Virus record (IMG/VR): IMGVR_UViG_3300044712_000557
Location: 1 to 64,000 of that record
Strand: one strand, 5' to 3'
DNA: 64,000 nucleotides
Source of the DNA: a virus
Every line of letters starts with the position of its first letter. The stretch's first letter is position 1. This document shows, in pieces, positions 8,340-18,603 of the stretch. Below the pieces are notes generated by a model. The model did no database searches. It saw only the letters and a list, made by a program, of their open reading frames with translations, and was not told the DNA's origin. The position numbers were made by a program, and so were the translations under genes.

Positions 8340-9093
8340 CCTGGGTCGAAAGCGCGGTCGAGGGCGAAAGCCTTCGAAGGCGTAGGTTCCGAATCCCTTC
8401 TGGGATCGCGAACCCTGCGGTGCCTCGCAATCCACGGTGTCCTGGGACGCTCCAGGGGGCTGGGCTGGGACGAGATCCACGAGATGGGGATAAGCGGTTG
8501 CAAGAGGGAGTCGGAAGGCCTGGAGCGCAAAGCCAGATTCGGAATGCTCCAAACGGTGGCTGCCCTACAGCAAGTAGACCCTAGATAAGCCCCCGATGGT
8601 AAGAACAGCGATCGGACGCCGCTAGCGCAGTGCTAGACGCGTTTGAATCGTTGCTTAGAGTCTCGGTACCAGGGAGCGACGATGGATGCGGTGTAACACC
8701 TAGTGGGTGCGCTCGACAGCCATCTAGCCTCCTGGGCCGGTCCAGGGTTCAGCGCTAAGCGTACACAAGGCGACGCACCAGCACCTGGACAGACGGACGA
8801 AGGCAACGAGAGGGAGTGAGCAACTCCCGCAACGATCATTGATCTACGACAGCGACGCGGGGCGATTCCAGTGGCGACTATCCAGGCCTGAGGGCCAACC
8901 GGATGACAGCCGAGAGGATCGCCTTAGCGTGCGAGGCCAGAAAGAGCGCAGTCCGCGAAGTGAGCCTAAGACGCCCACGCGGCGAGGCAGCATTCAGCTA
9001 GTTGCCAAGTTCGACGGCCGATGTAGACGAGATGCGAAGTTCTAGGGTAGGGGGCGAGGAGGGGGCGAGGGAAACAGAACCTTCGCTCTCTTT
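8340..9093 (+). ncRNA. candidate large (~750 nt) structured non-coding RNA
   Basis: No credible ORF; many hairpins including GNRA-type loops; long-range ACCCTAGA(8578)/TCTAGGGT(9041); ends in a GC hairpin plus T run. Confidence 0.55.
9061..9093 (+). terminator. hairpin with short T tract, possible terminator or attenuator
   Basis: GGGGGCGAGGG-aaacagaa-CCTTCGCTCTC-TTT. Confidence 0.4.
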
Positions 9094-10080
9094 GCTATGT
9101 AGCCGAGCAGGCGCGTCCAGGCCCTGCTGCCAACGTGAGGTTGGTCCTTGAGAGGCGGCTACAGAGCAAAGGGACACACTCTCTTTTGGAGGATCACATG
9201 GACAGCATCCTGATCGAGAACGAGAACTTCTGGATCATCATCGACCCCAAGGACGGCTCGACGTGCGAGGTCCACTGCGCCGTCTCGATGCACACCGACT
9301 TCGACGTCTGGGTGTGCGTCTGGTCGGTGTACTCGTGGGATCGCTACACCCAGGCGCGCTTGACCTACCGCAGCTACTAGCGGGAGCCGGTGCGGGAGGA
9401 CAGCGTCCTGGACGAGGGAGAGATCCGATGATTTGGGTCATCGAGTCGTACGACAGCGAGCGTGAGCAGTGGCACCCAATCACTTGGAATTGCTACGACA
9501 CGCGTCGCGAGGCCAGGATCGTCCTGGCGCGGTTGCGCATGGGGCGCAAGGGTCGCATTCGAGCGTACACGCAAGCGTAGCAACTCTGAAAGCAGTCCGG
9601 GCTCGCGGAGGGCACCGTAGGGGCCAGCCTCAGTAGACCTCGGCTTGCTTCCTGGACTGTATTGAGCGTTGCTGCTTACACATCTCAAAACTAAGTGGAG
9701 GATGCGATGGCGACCTTCTATGCTCTGCCCCTTGCTGACAAGGGCTTCGTCCCGGTCAACGAGTTCAGCAATCCCGTGCGCTGGTACGTGGCTCAGGACG
9801 GAAAGGACTGGCCGGTCTACGGCCCGTACGCGTCGCGTGAGGCGGCTGAGGCTGAGGCCAAGCGTCGCTCTGGAGGCTTCTAATGCGCAAGTGCCAGAAG
9901 TGCAACGAGCCGTCTCTGACCGCTCAGTTTCGCGAGCGGTCGCTCCCTGGCCTCAAGATCCTCTGCGCCGAGTGCAACGTGGACGTGCGCACGTCCTCGA
10001 CGCGCAAGGTCACGTTCCAGACGCGCACGGTCGAGGACCGCTACACGCTGCTCGCGCGCAAGCACGGGCTGGCGTAGGCA

Positions 10081-10212
10081 ACGTGTCGTAAGCTGGCTGG
10101 AGAGCGGGCTACCGGCTCCCAGGGGCGACCAAGACAGGTAGCACGCGACGTTCGTAAGGCTGGCTGGATACCGGGGCACCGGGTACCAGGGGCCAAATCC
10201 AAGACAGGTGCC
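10081..10212 (+). ncRNA. tandem pair of a ~65-nt structured RNA motif
   Basis: Two copies of CGTAAG(G)CTGGCTGGA..CCAGGGGC..CCAAGACAGGT with compensatory stems GAGC/GCTC vs TACC/GGTA. Confidence 0.55.
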
Positions 10213-10690
10213 GCCTCAAAGCCGAGACTCAAGGTGTACCGTAATGAATCTCGCTAGCGCGGCGAGCGGTCTATAAACCACTTTGAGTCTCGACTTGGAG
10301 GCGATCATGGACGAGTCCTATAGCAATTCATTCGATGACTGCTGCCCTGAGTGCGGCGGTCTTGGCTGCGCCCTTGGAACCTTGGGCATGCTGCTCCATC
10401 TGCGTTGCCGTGACTGTGGCATGGACTGGTCGGTGCCTTCTCCTGACGCGTACGAGTCTGACTGGAGCGACAAGCTCTAGTCAACCAGCGCGAGCCTCGT
10501 CGCTTAGTAACGAGGCACCTTCTACGCTGAGCACGTAAGTGAGAGGCAAGCCTAGCGCCTGCAGTACTAGTCAACTCAGGCCTCCTAGGGCAGAGTCAGC
10601 ACGCTTGTCATCGTCCCGTCAGACTCAATCGGGATGTACGTGTTCAGCGTAGAGGGTTCGTTTCACGTCGCACTTGATTGGAGGTTGATC

Positions 10691-10978
10691 ATGTTCAACA
10701 CGCGTCAGGCCTACGGCTACGTCAACGTCAACCTGGGGCAGATGAGCGGCCTCGCGCAGATCGCGAAGCCCGTCGTGCGTCGCACCCTGGACGTGCAGCG
10801 CAAGCGCAACGGGCGCGCCCTGGTCAAGGCCCAGGCGCAGGCGCAGGCGGGCCAGTCCCCCAGCCTCCAGGCGCTCGTGGAGCGCAACAAGGCGGCGCGG
10901 CTGCAGCGCGAGGCCGAGCGCGAGGCGGCGCTGACCATCGTCTGCTCCAACGGTCGCACCATCCGCCCGATCAAGTAG
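10691..10978 (+). CDS. hypothetical early protein
   Basis: GGAGG then ATG; strong GC3 codon bias. Confidence 0.65.
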   Translation: MFNTRQAYGYVNVNLGQMSGLAQIAKPVVRRTLDVQRKRNGRALVKAQAQAQAGQSPSLQALVERNKAARLQREAEREAALTIVCSNGRTIRPIK

Positions 10979-10985
10979 GGGCATC

Positions 10986-11255
10986 ATGGACGCCAAGATC
11001 AACATCACCATCGGCAACAGCACCTTTGAGAAAGAGTACGTCGTGGGGCTCACGCGGGCATCGCGCGACTACGACTACTACGGGGTGATACAGGTCGAGA
11101 CGGGAAGCCAGCGTATCGTGGCGATCCCCGCTGAGGACGTGGAGATGCAGGTCGCTCGCTACGAGAGCGGCATGTACAACTTCGCGCCCTGCGGCTCCGA
11201 TCTTCTCGACGCGGAAGTGCTGATCGATCTGGTCGTCTCACGCTTGCTCAGGTAG
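10986..11255 (+). CDS. hypothetical early protein
   Basis: ORF with phage codon bias. Confidence 0.6.
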   Translation: MDAKINITIGNSTFEKEYVVGLTRASRDYDYYGVIQVETGSQRIVAIPAEDVEMQVARYESGMYNFAPCGSDLLDAEVLIDLVVSRLLR

Positions 11256-11541
11256 GGGGCTCATTATGCCGCGCTTCAAGCTGTACGTGACTGAGACGGT
11301 CGAGTACGTCATCCTCGTGGACGCTGGCAGCGAGGAAGAGGCGCGTGATGCGCTCGACGTGGCGGGAGTGGACTGCGGCGAGATCATGCACACCGAGCGC
11401 CACTCCGAGATCGAGCGTGTCGAGATGGAAGACAATGAGGACTGAGTCCTCCGGGCACGATCCAGTGGATGCCCTCTGGGTCGTGCCCATCATCATCCTG
11501 CTGTTCGCGTTCATGATTCACTTGATTTGAGGAGAAAGCAA

Positions 11542-12243
11542 ATGAAGTTCAACGCTGGCGACAAGGTTCGACATGTGAGCGGCCCGGTTCTCGGTACCGT
11601 GCTGAAAGACCCCGCCCCGTCTGCCCCCTTCGACATCGAAGGCGATACGTCAAAGTACGTCTTGATCCGATGGGACGACCAGGATGGTCCCCGTACGGAG
11701 TCTAACCTCCGAGATAACGTTGTGCTCGTGCAGCCCACTCCCCTCGTTGAGCCCGGCAAGGAAGACGGCATCAAGGAAGAGGAGGTCGTTGTGTCCAAGC
11801 CCCTGACTCAGCGTGAGCATCTGGCGATCCTGCGCGACTACGCTCTCGACCTGGGAGCCGTTGCCAACGTGCGCAAGAACAGCTACGGGGAGTACGAGGC
11901 GCGCGTCAAGATGAACGGCGAGCGCGAGCCCTACGTGGCTTTTGAGAGCACGTTCTCGGACGCGTACGACACCGTCAAGGCGATGCTGGACGAGATCGCC
12001 AAGCGTCAGCGTGCTGAGGGCGAGCGCCGCGAGCGCGAGTACCAGCACGAGCTAGACAAGGCTTACGAGCAGGCGCGCACGATCATGGGCTTCGTCAACT
12101 GCACCGTGACGCGTGATGGTGAGACTGTGACGTTCCATAGCCCGAAGACGGGCAGCCACTCGCTCTGTATGGCCTTGGGCGTGCGTCCCGTGTCTGACCT
12201 GATCGCTCACGCGTGCGGGTTCGCTGAGCAGCAGACGCACTGA
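11542..12243 (+). CDS. hypothetical early protein
   Basis: GAGGAG RBS; long ORF with codon bias. Confidence 0.7.
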   Translation: MKFNAGDKVRHVSGPVLGTVLKDPAPSAPFDIEGDTSKYVLIRWDDQDGPRTESNLRDNVVLVQPTPLVEPGKEDGIKEEEVVVSKPLTQREHLAILRDYALDLGAVANVRKNSYGEYEARVKMNGEREPYVAFESTFSDAYDTVKAMLDEIAKRQRAEGERREREYQHELDKAYEQARTIMGFVNCTVTRDGETVTFHSPKTGSHSLCMALGVRPVSDLIAHACGFAEQQTH

Positions 12244-12429
12244 TCGTTCGTACCCTCTCCCCTTGGGGTCCAGGGGTGATGCTGACTGCGGTGCGCGTCA
12301 GGCCCAGGGATAGGCTGACTACGTCGCGCCCGAGGAGCGCTATCGCATCGCAGGGCAGTGCAGAGCAGTTATCCAGGGGCGCACCCCTTGATCGCTCACA
12401 GGGGGTGCGCCTCAAGCAATGAGGAAGGC

Positions 12430-12888
12430 ATGCGAGCACCCAAGGTTGAAGTCACACTGGATCCCGTTGACGCTTGCAAGTCAGTCGTTCTAGTCAACGG
12501 CAAGAGGGCAGCCTTCACCTTTGAGGCTGTCTCGTGCCGCGTGATCTTTATGACTGAGCGTTACGTCGTGAAGGTTGTCGATCCTAACGCGAACGACGCT
12601 GGCTACAGCGACCTCAATCCCAGGGCTCAGAATCGATGCGAGGTTCGCACCTGGAAGCGCATCTCCAAGAGCGACGATAGGGCACGCTTCGCAGAGATGC
12701 TCTGCTGGGATCCCAAGTACACCTGGGTGTGCCAGGAGCGTGTTCGTACGTCTCGGCGAGCTACAACTCAAGAGCGCAACTTCCTAGAGGAAGTAGCCGC
12801 ACGCTACAACGTTGGCGACATCCATCGTGGCAACATTGGCAGACGTAAAGGACAGCCAGTCATCCTCGACTATGGCTGCAAAGGCTAG
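12430..12888 (+). CDS. minimal protein-kinase-like protein
   Basis: YVVKV (Lys), QNRCE (alphaC Glu), GDIHRGNIG (catalytic loop), ILDYG. Confidence 0.7.
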   Translation: MRAPKVEVTLDPVDACKSVVLVNGKRAAFTFEAVSCRVIFMTERYVVKVVDPNANDAGYSDLNPRAQNRCEVRTWKRISKSDDRARFAEMLCWDPKYTWVCQERVRTSRRATTQERNFLEEVAARYNVGDIHRGNIGRRKGQPVILDYGCKG

Positions 12889-13479
12889 GAGGCCTATGGC
12901 CCTTTCGGCGTACCTGAGTCCCTCCAAGGCTGCCCGCAAGGCTGCCTACTGTCGTGACGTGGAGCGACTTGTTGTCGCTGCTCGTCCCGACGTGGCGGGA
13001 CGAATGGATTGGGATGACGTGCTCTATCACTTCCACTACGGCCATTCCGTAGAGGAAGCGGTGGCTGCCATCCTGAGCCATTGACGGCACCAGCGCCTCG
13101 TCCTGCCGCCTAGTAGCGGGACGCTCGTACACCCCAGGGAGTGAGGCGTGGGGTGCCTGGGCATTTACGCCTAGGCACTTGCAACCAGTAACGCTCACGC
13201 GTTGCAACGTGAGCCTGCTGCCATTGCCTCACTTCCTGAGTTGTACGAATTGGAGGAAGACAATGAGCAACATCGTCTGGGTCATTGAGGTTCGCCGTGG
13301 TCGCAACAAGCGTTGGGAGCCGTATCACACCACGCAGGATCGGCATCATGCCGTGAGCCTCATGGAGCGTGTCTCTCGCGAGGCTGCCAAGGATCGGTTC
13401 CCTCATCGCAAGAGCGAGTCGTTCAGGCTGTCTGTCGCAGCATTGATCCCCGTTGCGGACGTGCTCTAGTGAGGATGCC

Positions 13480-13704
13480 ATGAAGAACCTCTGTAGCAAG
13501 ACGGTCAAGCGTGCTGACGCGTACGAGGTCTGGCGCTCGTTCGATGGCTCGTGGACGTGGTACTGCCTGAAGAAGTGGCAAGCAGACGACGCGAAGCCCC
13601 ACGCTCGCTGGTTCTGCGACGTTGTCACTCCCTTCGTTCCCGAGGGCGAGATGGGAGACGTGTATGTCTCCGAGATCAAGTCCAATGCCGTGCGCGTGAA
13701 GTGA
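13480..13704 (+). CDS. DUF2958-like protein
   Basis: WTWY..WFC.V....EMGDVYVSEI. Confidence 0.5.
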   Translation: MKNLCSKTVKRADAYEVWRSFDGSWTWYCLKKWQADDAKPHARWFCDVVTPFVPEGEMGDVYVSEIKSNAVRVK

Positions 13705-15319
13705 GGAGAGCGAGATGAAGTGCTACTGCTACGACAACGGCATCGCCCACGAGAAGTACGCATGCACATGCCCGTGTCACTCCGAGGTTGCAGCCAAGCC
13801 TCGTACGCTGACGCAGCTTCTGGAGGAGCGTAGGCAGCTTCAGATAGACGAGGAAGCATTGCGGAAGTCGATGCTCTCCATCAGCGTTCGCATCCGCGAA
13901 CTGCAGGATGAGTTTGTGGATCGCCTGGAGGAAGGCCATTGCGTCGTCTTTGGCGGTAGCGTCTACGCGAACGTCAACGGCGAATTCATGTCCTTCGTCC
14001 AGAGGAGTTAGGCATGGTCGAGATCAAAGATCGAGTGATGCTTCCCGGCGAAGCGATGTGGGATCGCCTCGACCCACAGGACATCAAGGCCTCAACTGGA
14101 TGGTGCGAGGTCCACTTGAGTCATCGCGTGCTCGACAACGAACACTGGTGGCGCGTAGAGCACGACGTTCGCGATTGGGTGGGAGAGGGGCGTACCCCTA
14201 CTGAGGCCTTCGCGAGCTACAGGCTGGCCGTGGACGCTTGGTTGAGAGGAGACATGCTGTGAAGATCTTTCAGTGGTACGACGAGATGAAGCCGGTCACC
14301 TGGGTGCCGGGCAAGGCTCGCGTCTTTCGGGGCCGAGCACGACGGCGTCACGCTGAGCCTCTGCCTTGGCTACGATAGCTCCTCCAACTGTCGCGACGGT
14401 GGAGACGAGAACGAGACGATGGAGGTTGCCATCTTTCTGGGAGACGAGATAGTGACCCTGCCCAACAGTGACACCGTGCAGGGATATGTGCCGGCGCTTC
14501 TGCTGCCTGTCTTGCTCGCGCATGTGGCGAACGATCAGCCTGCCGATGTGCGCGTGAAGGGCATGGTGGAAGTACTGGCTGCCTTTCAGAGACTGCAGGA
14601 AGGGGTGATCGGGTGAGCATCACACACCTCACGTCCAGCGAGGTCGTGGAGTTCTCACGCGGGTATATCGTCCTGGGATACGGCACAGTCTTCGAAGTGT
14701 CCTGGGATCCTTTCTCGCAAAAGTGGAACCTCGCCGAGTTTCCTTATCGGCAGTACACGATCTACCAGGGCAAGGTGAGCGAGCCGCGCTAGCCAAAAAA
14801 GGGGGGGCAGATGCCCAGCTTCAAGTTCGCAGATCTTCATCGCCTGTTCCCCGCTCACAACCTCTGCCAGTGCGGGCACCAGCGGCTCTGGCATCGAGAG
14901 ATGCCTACTTGGTACGGTGCCCCGCACACCAAGACTCAGTGCCAGGGCAAGTGCCCTTGCAAGACATTCGAAGCCCTTCCTGAACAGCCCGACGCGAACT
15001 TCTGGAAGCAAGAGCAGGAGGGGAAGCTTCACTCTCACTAATGGTCGCATCCTGCAGTCGACCACGTCGAATGCAGGCTAGGATCATTGGAGGTCATCAT
15101 GTCGCTACGTGCTCCTGACGGTACGGGGATCAAGGGTGGGCTCACGAGCTATCACGCAGAGCGTATGCTGCGTGCCCTTTCCTTTGTTCCACAATTCGAC
15201 TCCATCAGCGAGACAGCTACGCAATTCGCAGTAGACGTTGCCGTAGACCATGCACGACTGGCCGCTCGTGCAGCCCTCAACGGTATGTACAATGGCAAGC
15301 GGCCATTTGGAGGAAACAA

Positions 15320-15613
15320 GTGAAGCACCCGACCGTTGAAGAGGCCAAGGCTTTCGTGCTTGCCCTGTGGCCGAATGATCACAACCAGAACGTCAGCGTG
15401 CGGCAGGTCAGTAGAGGCTACACGATCGAGATCGCTCGCATGTACGGCTACGTCAACCTGAGCCTGGACAAACTGCTGAAGCTGGCAGAGTTCTTCGGCA
15501 CCATGAACATCGACACGTCTGATCGATGGGCCAGTCGTGGGTGTGATACGTGCGACTACGGCTCTTCGTACACGGTGTCGTTGTTAGTAGAGGATGACAA
15601 TGAATCTCGATGA
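15320..15613 (+). CDS. hypothetical protein (GCDTCDYGS motif)
   Basis: GGAGG RBS; motif typical of phage hypothetical proteins. Confidence 0.6.
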   Translation: MKHPTVEEAKAFVLALWPNDHNQNVSVRQVSRGYTIEIARMYGYVNLSLDKLLKLAEFFGTMNIDTSDRWASRGCDTCDYGSSYTVSLLVEDDNESR

Positions 15614-15802
15614 AGTCGGCTCCGTCATAGAGGAAGACGATTGGGACGGGCACGCTCCGTCTGATCGCGTCTACTGGTGCCAGGAGGAGCGTGCTTGTCG
15701 TAAGGGGCGCGATCGTGACGAACTGCAGGATCTCTGGCGCGAGGAGACTCAGCGGCGCAAGCGTGAGCGTGCGCCTTCGTTCTATCGAAAGGGAGCATGG
15801 CT

Positions 15803-16240
15803 GTGAGTACCATACTCTTCCTCGATGACATGCCGATCAGGCACACCGTCTTCAAGGATCTGGCCGCCAGGGATGGCTTCCTGGTGGACTCTGCCTACAC
15901 CGCAGAGGAGGCCATCAGGCTCCTGGAGTCACACGAGTACGTAGGGGCATCCCTCGACCACGACCTGGGAGAGGATCACTACATGGGTCCGTACGTCTCG
16001 CCTAGCATGGGCGGGACAGCCCACAGTGGTCGTGCTGTGGCTCGATGGATCGCCGAGCACGGCAAGCCGTTCTTCGTGATGATCCACAGCTACAATCCAG
16101 ACGGGGCAAGGGAGATGTTCCAGATTGTTTGGGAGTCGGACCACCCCCTGAATGTTCGTAGTCAGCCATTCAACACTGCTGCCTTCAGGACATGGTTCAG
16201 TGACATTCACTGGTCAGAGGAAGCGAAGGAGGAGAAATGA
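15803..16240 (+). CDS. cyclic-phosphate-processing receiver (REC-like) domain protein
   Basis: ILFLDD...SLDHDLG...IHSYNPDGA. Confidence 0.75.
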   Translation: MSTILFLDDMPIRHTVFKDLAARDGFLVDSAYTAEEAIRLLESHEYVGASLDHDLGEDHYMGPYVSPSMGGTAHSGRAVARWIAEHGKPFFVMIHSYNPDGAREMFQIVWESDHPLNVRSQPFNTAAFRTWFSDIHWSEEAKEEK

Positions 16241-16605
16241 TCACGTATCACGAAGAGTACCCCAGCCTTGATCGGCCGCTTCGTGCGGTGACGTTGTCGG
16301 ACGAGAACTGCCTGCTCACGTTCTCGTTCACTGGTGGGAGCGTGGCGCAGTACCGTGCGGTGGGCGACTGCTGCTCGCACTCCTGGATCGAGCACCTGGA
16401 GACGCCTAACGAGTTTGAGGGGCGTAGGATCGTTGCCGTGGAAGACGTGGACGTTGTCCCCCAGCCCGAAAACGACCCCGAAGAGTACGAATACATCAGG
16501 GTCTACAAGACCGTCTTCCGCCTCGACAACGGGGAGGCGATCACGGCCGAGTACCGCAACAGCAGCAACGGCTACTACGGTGGCTGGCTGGAGAGGATCT
16601 CATGA
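16237..16605 (+). CDS. conserved phage protein (DCC...SNGYYGG)
   Basis: GDCCSHSW and SNGYYGG motifs; AGGAGG RBS. Confidence 0.65.
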   Translation: MITYHEEYPSLDRPLRAVTLSDENCLLTFSFTGGSVAQYRAVGDCCSHSWIEHLETPNEFEGRRIVAVEDVDVVPQPENDPEEYEYIRVYKTVFRLDNGEAITAEYRNSSNGYYGGWLERIS

Positions 16606-16837
16606 GCGTACGCAGGTTCAAGATCAAGGCGAAGCTCGACGGTGCCGATGAGGTCACCGTCGAGATCAAGCCTACGGCAGGAGATAACGACGCCATCGTC
16701 TCAGTGCGCCCCAAGCATCAGAGGATCGTCTACACGGGCCTCCTGAGTGACGTGGCACTTATCGTCGCGGCCCGGCACTGCAAGGCCTTGGCAGCCCAGC
16801 AGGGCATTGCAGTGCCCACTGCGAGGAAGGTGAAGCG

Positions 16838-17083
16838 ATGAGGCGGATCGTTGCTGCAGTAGCCATGATCGTGCTCCTGGTTGGATGCAGTAGCACGTCA
16901 CGCTATGTCGTTACCATGAAGGATGGAAGGCAGTTCAGGGTCAACGCTGCTGGAGTAGAGTTCCCCGAGTTGCATTGCATGAGGATGTACGACCTGAATG
17001 GGACTCTAGTCTTCAGGTCTTGCGAAGTGGAGAAGTACGAAGTCGTTGAGGCGTGGCCCCCGGAGAACCAAGCGCAACGTTAG
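16838..17083 (+). CDS. putative lipoprotein
   Basis: Signal peptide with LVGC lipobox. Confidence 0.6.
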   Translation: MRRIVAAVAMIVLLVGCSSTSRYVVTMKDGRQFRVNAAGVEFPELHCMRMYDLNGTLVFRSCEVEKYEVVEAWPPENQAQR

Positions 17084-17140
17084 CCGCCTCTCCCGGCGGC
17101 GGGCACGGTCAAATCACTGACTGTTAAAAAGGGAGAGCAT

Positions 17141-17362
17141 ATGCAGACCATGCAGACTGTCGTTGCCGTGGACGGTTCCGTTCGTAGCGTGCGCGTTGGT
17201 TCCTCTTCGCGTCCTGGCGTCGTCCACAAGGTTGTCCTCTCGTGCTCGTGTGAGGGCTTCCAGTACGTTGGTCACTGCCGTCACCTGGGCGAGGCCGCCG
17301 TGGTCCTCTGTGAGGACACGCGTGCTGCTCGCCTGCGCACTCGTGTGCGCCTGAGCCGTTAG
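17141..17362 (+). CDS. SWIM zinc-finger protein
   Basis: CSCEGFQYVGHCRH. Confidence 0.7.
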   Translation: MQTMQTVVAVDGSVRSVRVGSSSRPGVVHKVVLSCSCEGFQYVGHCRHLGEAAVVLCEDTRAARLRTRVRLSR

Positions 17363-18603
17363 TCTTTACCGGGCCTTAGCAGTCCTATAGGGTGGGCTAG
17401 GGACGCTTGCGTGCGAGGCAGGGGGCACGCAGAGGAGATCGCATGGAATCTGAGATTGTCGTGAGTACTCTTCCGACCGAGGAAGATCGAGAGACGTTCT
17501 GGGAGATGCTCTACCTGCTCTCAGGCTGGGGTCTGTGTGATCCTGAGTTTCACAAGCTGGGGGCCAAGCTGTTCAACGACGAGTCGTTCACTGATGACAT
17601 GGAAGGACTACACGGCAAATGCCACATTCAATGATGGGAACCCGAGGATCCATCCGCTTTCGAGGGAAGAACAGCCCGCGCTACCGCAAGGAAGCGTACA
17701 GGCTGGAGCAGGAGACGTACCTGCGCGCCCTGGCGCACAAGGCCCAGGTGGAGGCGAAGCAGGCCAAGGACGCACTGGAGCGTGAGCGTCGTCCTCTGGC
17801 GCGCAAGCTCTGGCCGACAAGGTGAAGGGCTTCACGTCGCGGCTCTTCGGAAGGAAGACGGGATGAAGGAAGAGACTGCCCGCAAGTGGATCGACCTGGA
17901 GCGCTGCTTGCCCGAGGGCGCAATGGAAGCCATGAAGCAGAGCCACAAGGGTGAGTGGTGTACTCAGTTTTGCGGGGCCAAGTTCTTCTTCAAGAAGCTT
18001 GAGCAGGCAAAGCGCGAGTACCCGGAGCTGTGAGGTAGATTATGTGCCTATGCGGTGGCGTGCTAGAGACTGCTACGCTTGTGGCAGCCGGGGGATACAT
18101 TGTGAAGAAGCAGTGGAAGATCAAGCTGCCATCGCTTGCGACGATCGTGGCCGGAATGCGCGCTGGTGTGCGTCCCGGCCAAGTGTTCAAGGACAAGCGT
18201 AGGCCTGCCAGGGTCAACGAGAAGGCACAGGTGAAGGCGGATGCTGCGGATCACTGCTGACGTAAACGGCAAGCCCATTGGGTACATCTTCGCCCACAAC
18301 GTTGGGACGCTGAAGGGTGAGATCTGCTCGTATGACGCAGCCATCTGGAACCCTGCTGCAGATGATGGAGTCCTGGGGCTGGAGGGAATCACCCACTTTA
18401 GGCCTGACGGATGGATTTCTCTGGTGAGGAAGGTGATCAATGCTGTCACCTAGGCTTCGTTTCATGTTCCGCGCACGACGGGCCTTTGAGCAGGGATGGA
18501 TGGCTGTCGCTGAGCGCAGTGGTGGAAAGCTGGCATTTGCAGATTGCCCCTACTGGAGCCTGCTGGATCTGATGGACGAGAGGCGCGCATATTGGGAGGG
18601 AAA

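Noticed and set aside
8340-9093. Calling the large RNA GOLLD or ROOL
   Set aside because: Only size and general context match; no diagnostic motifs could be confirmed by eye
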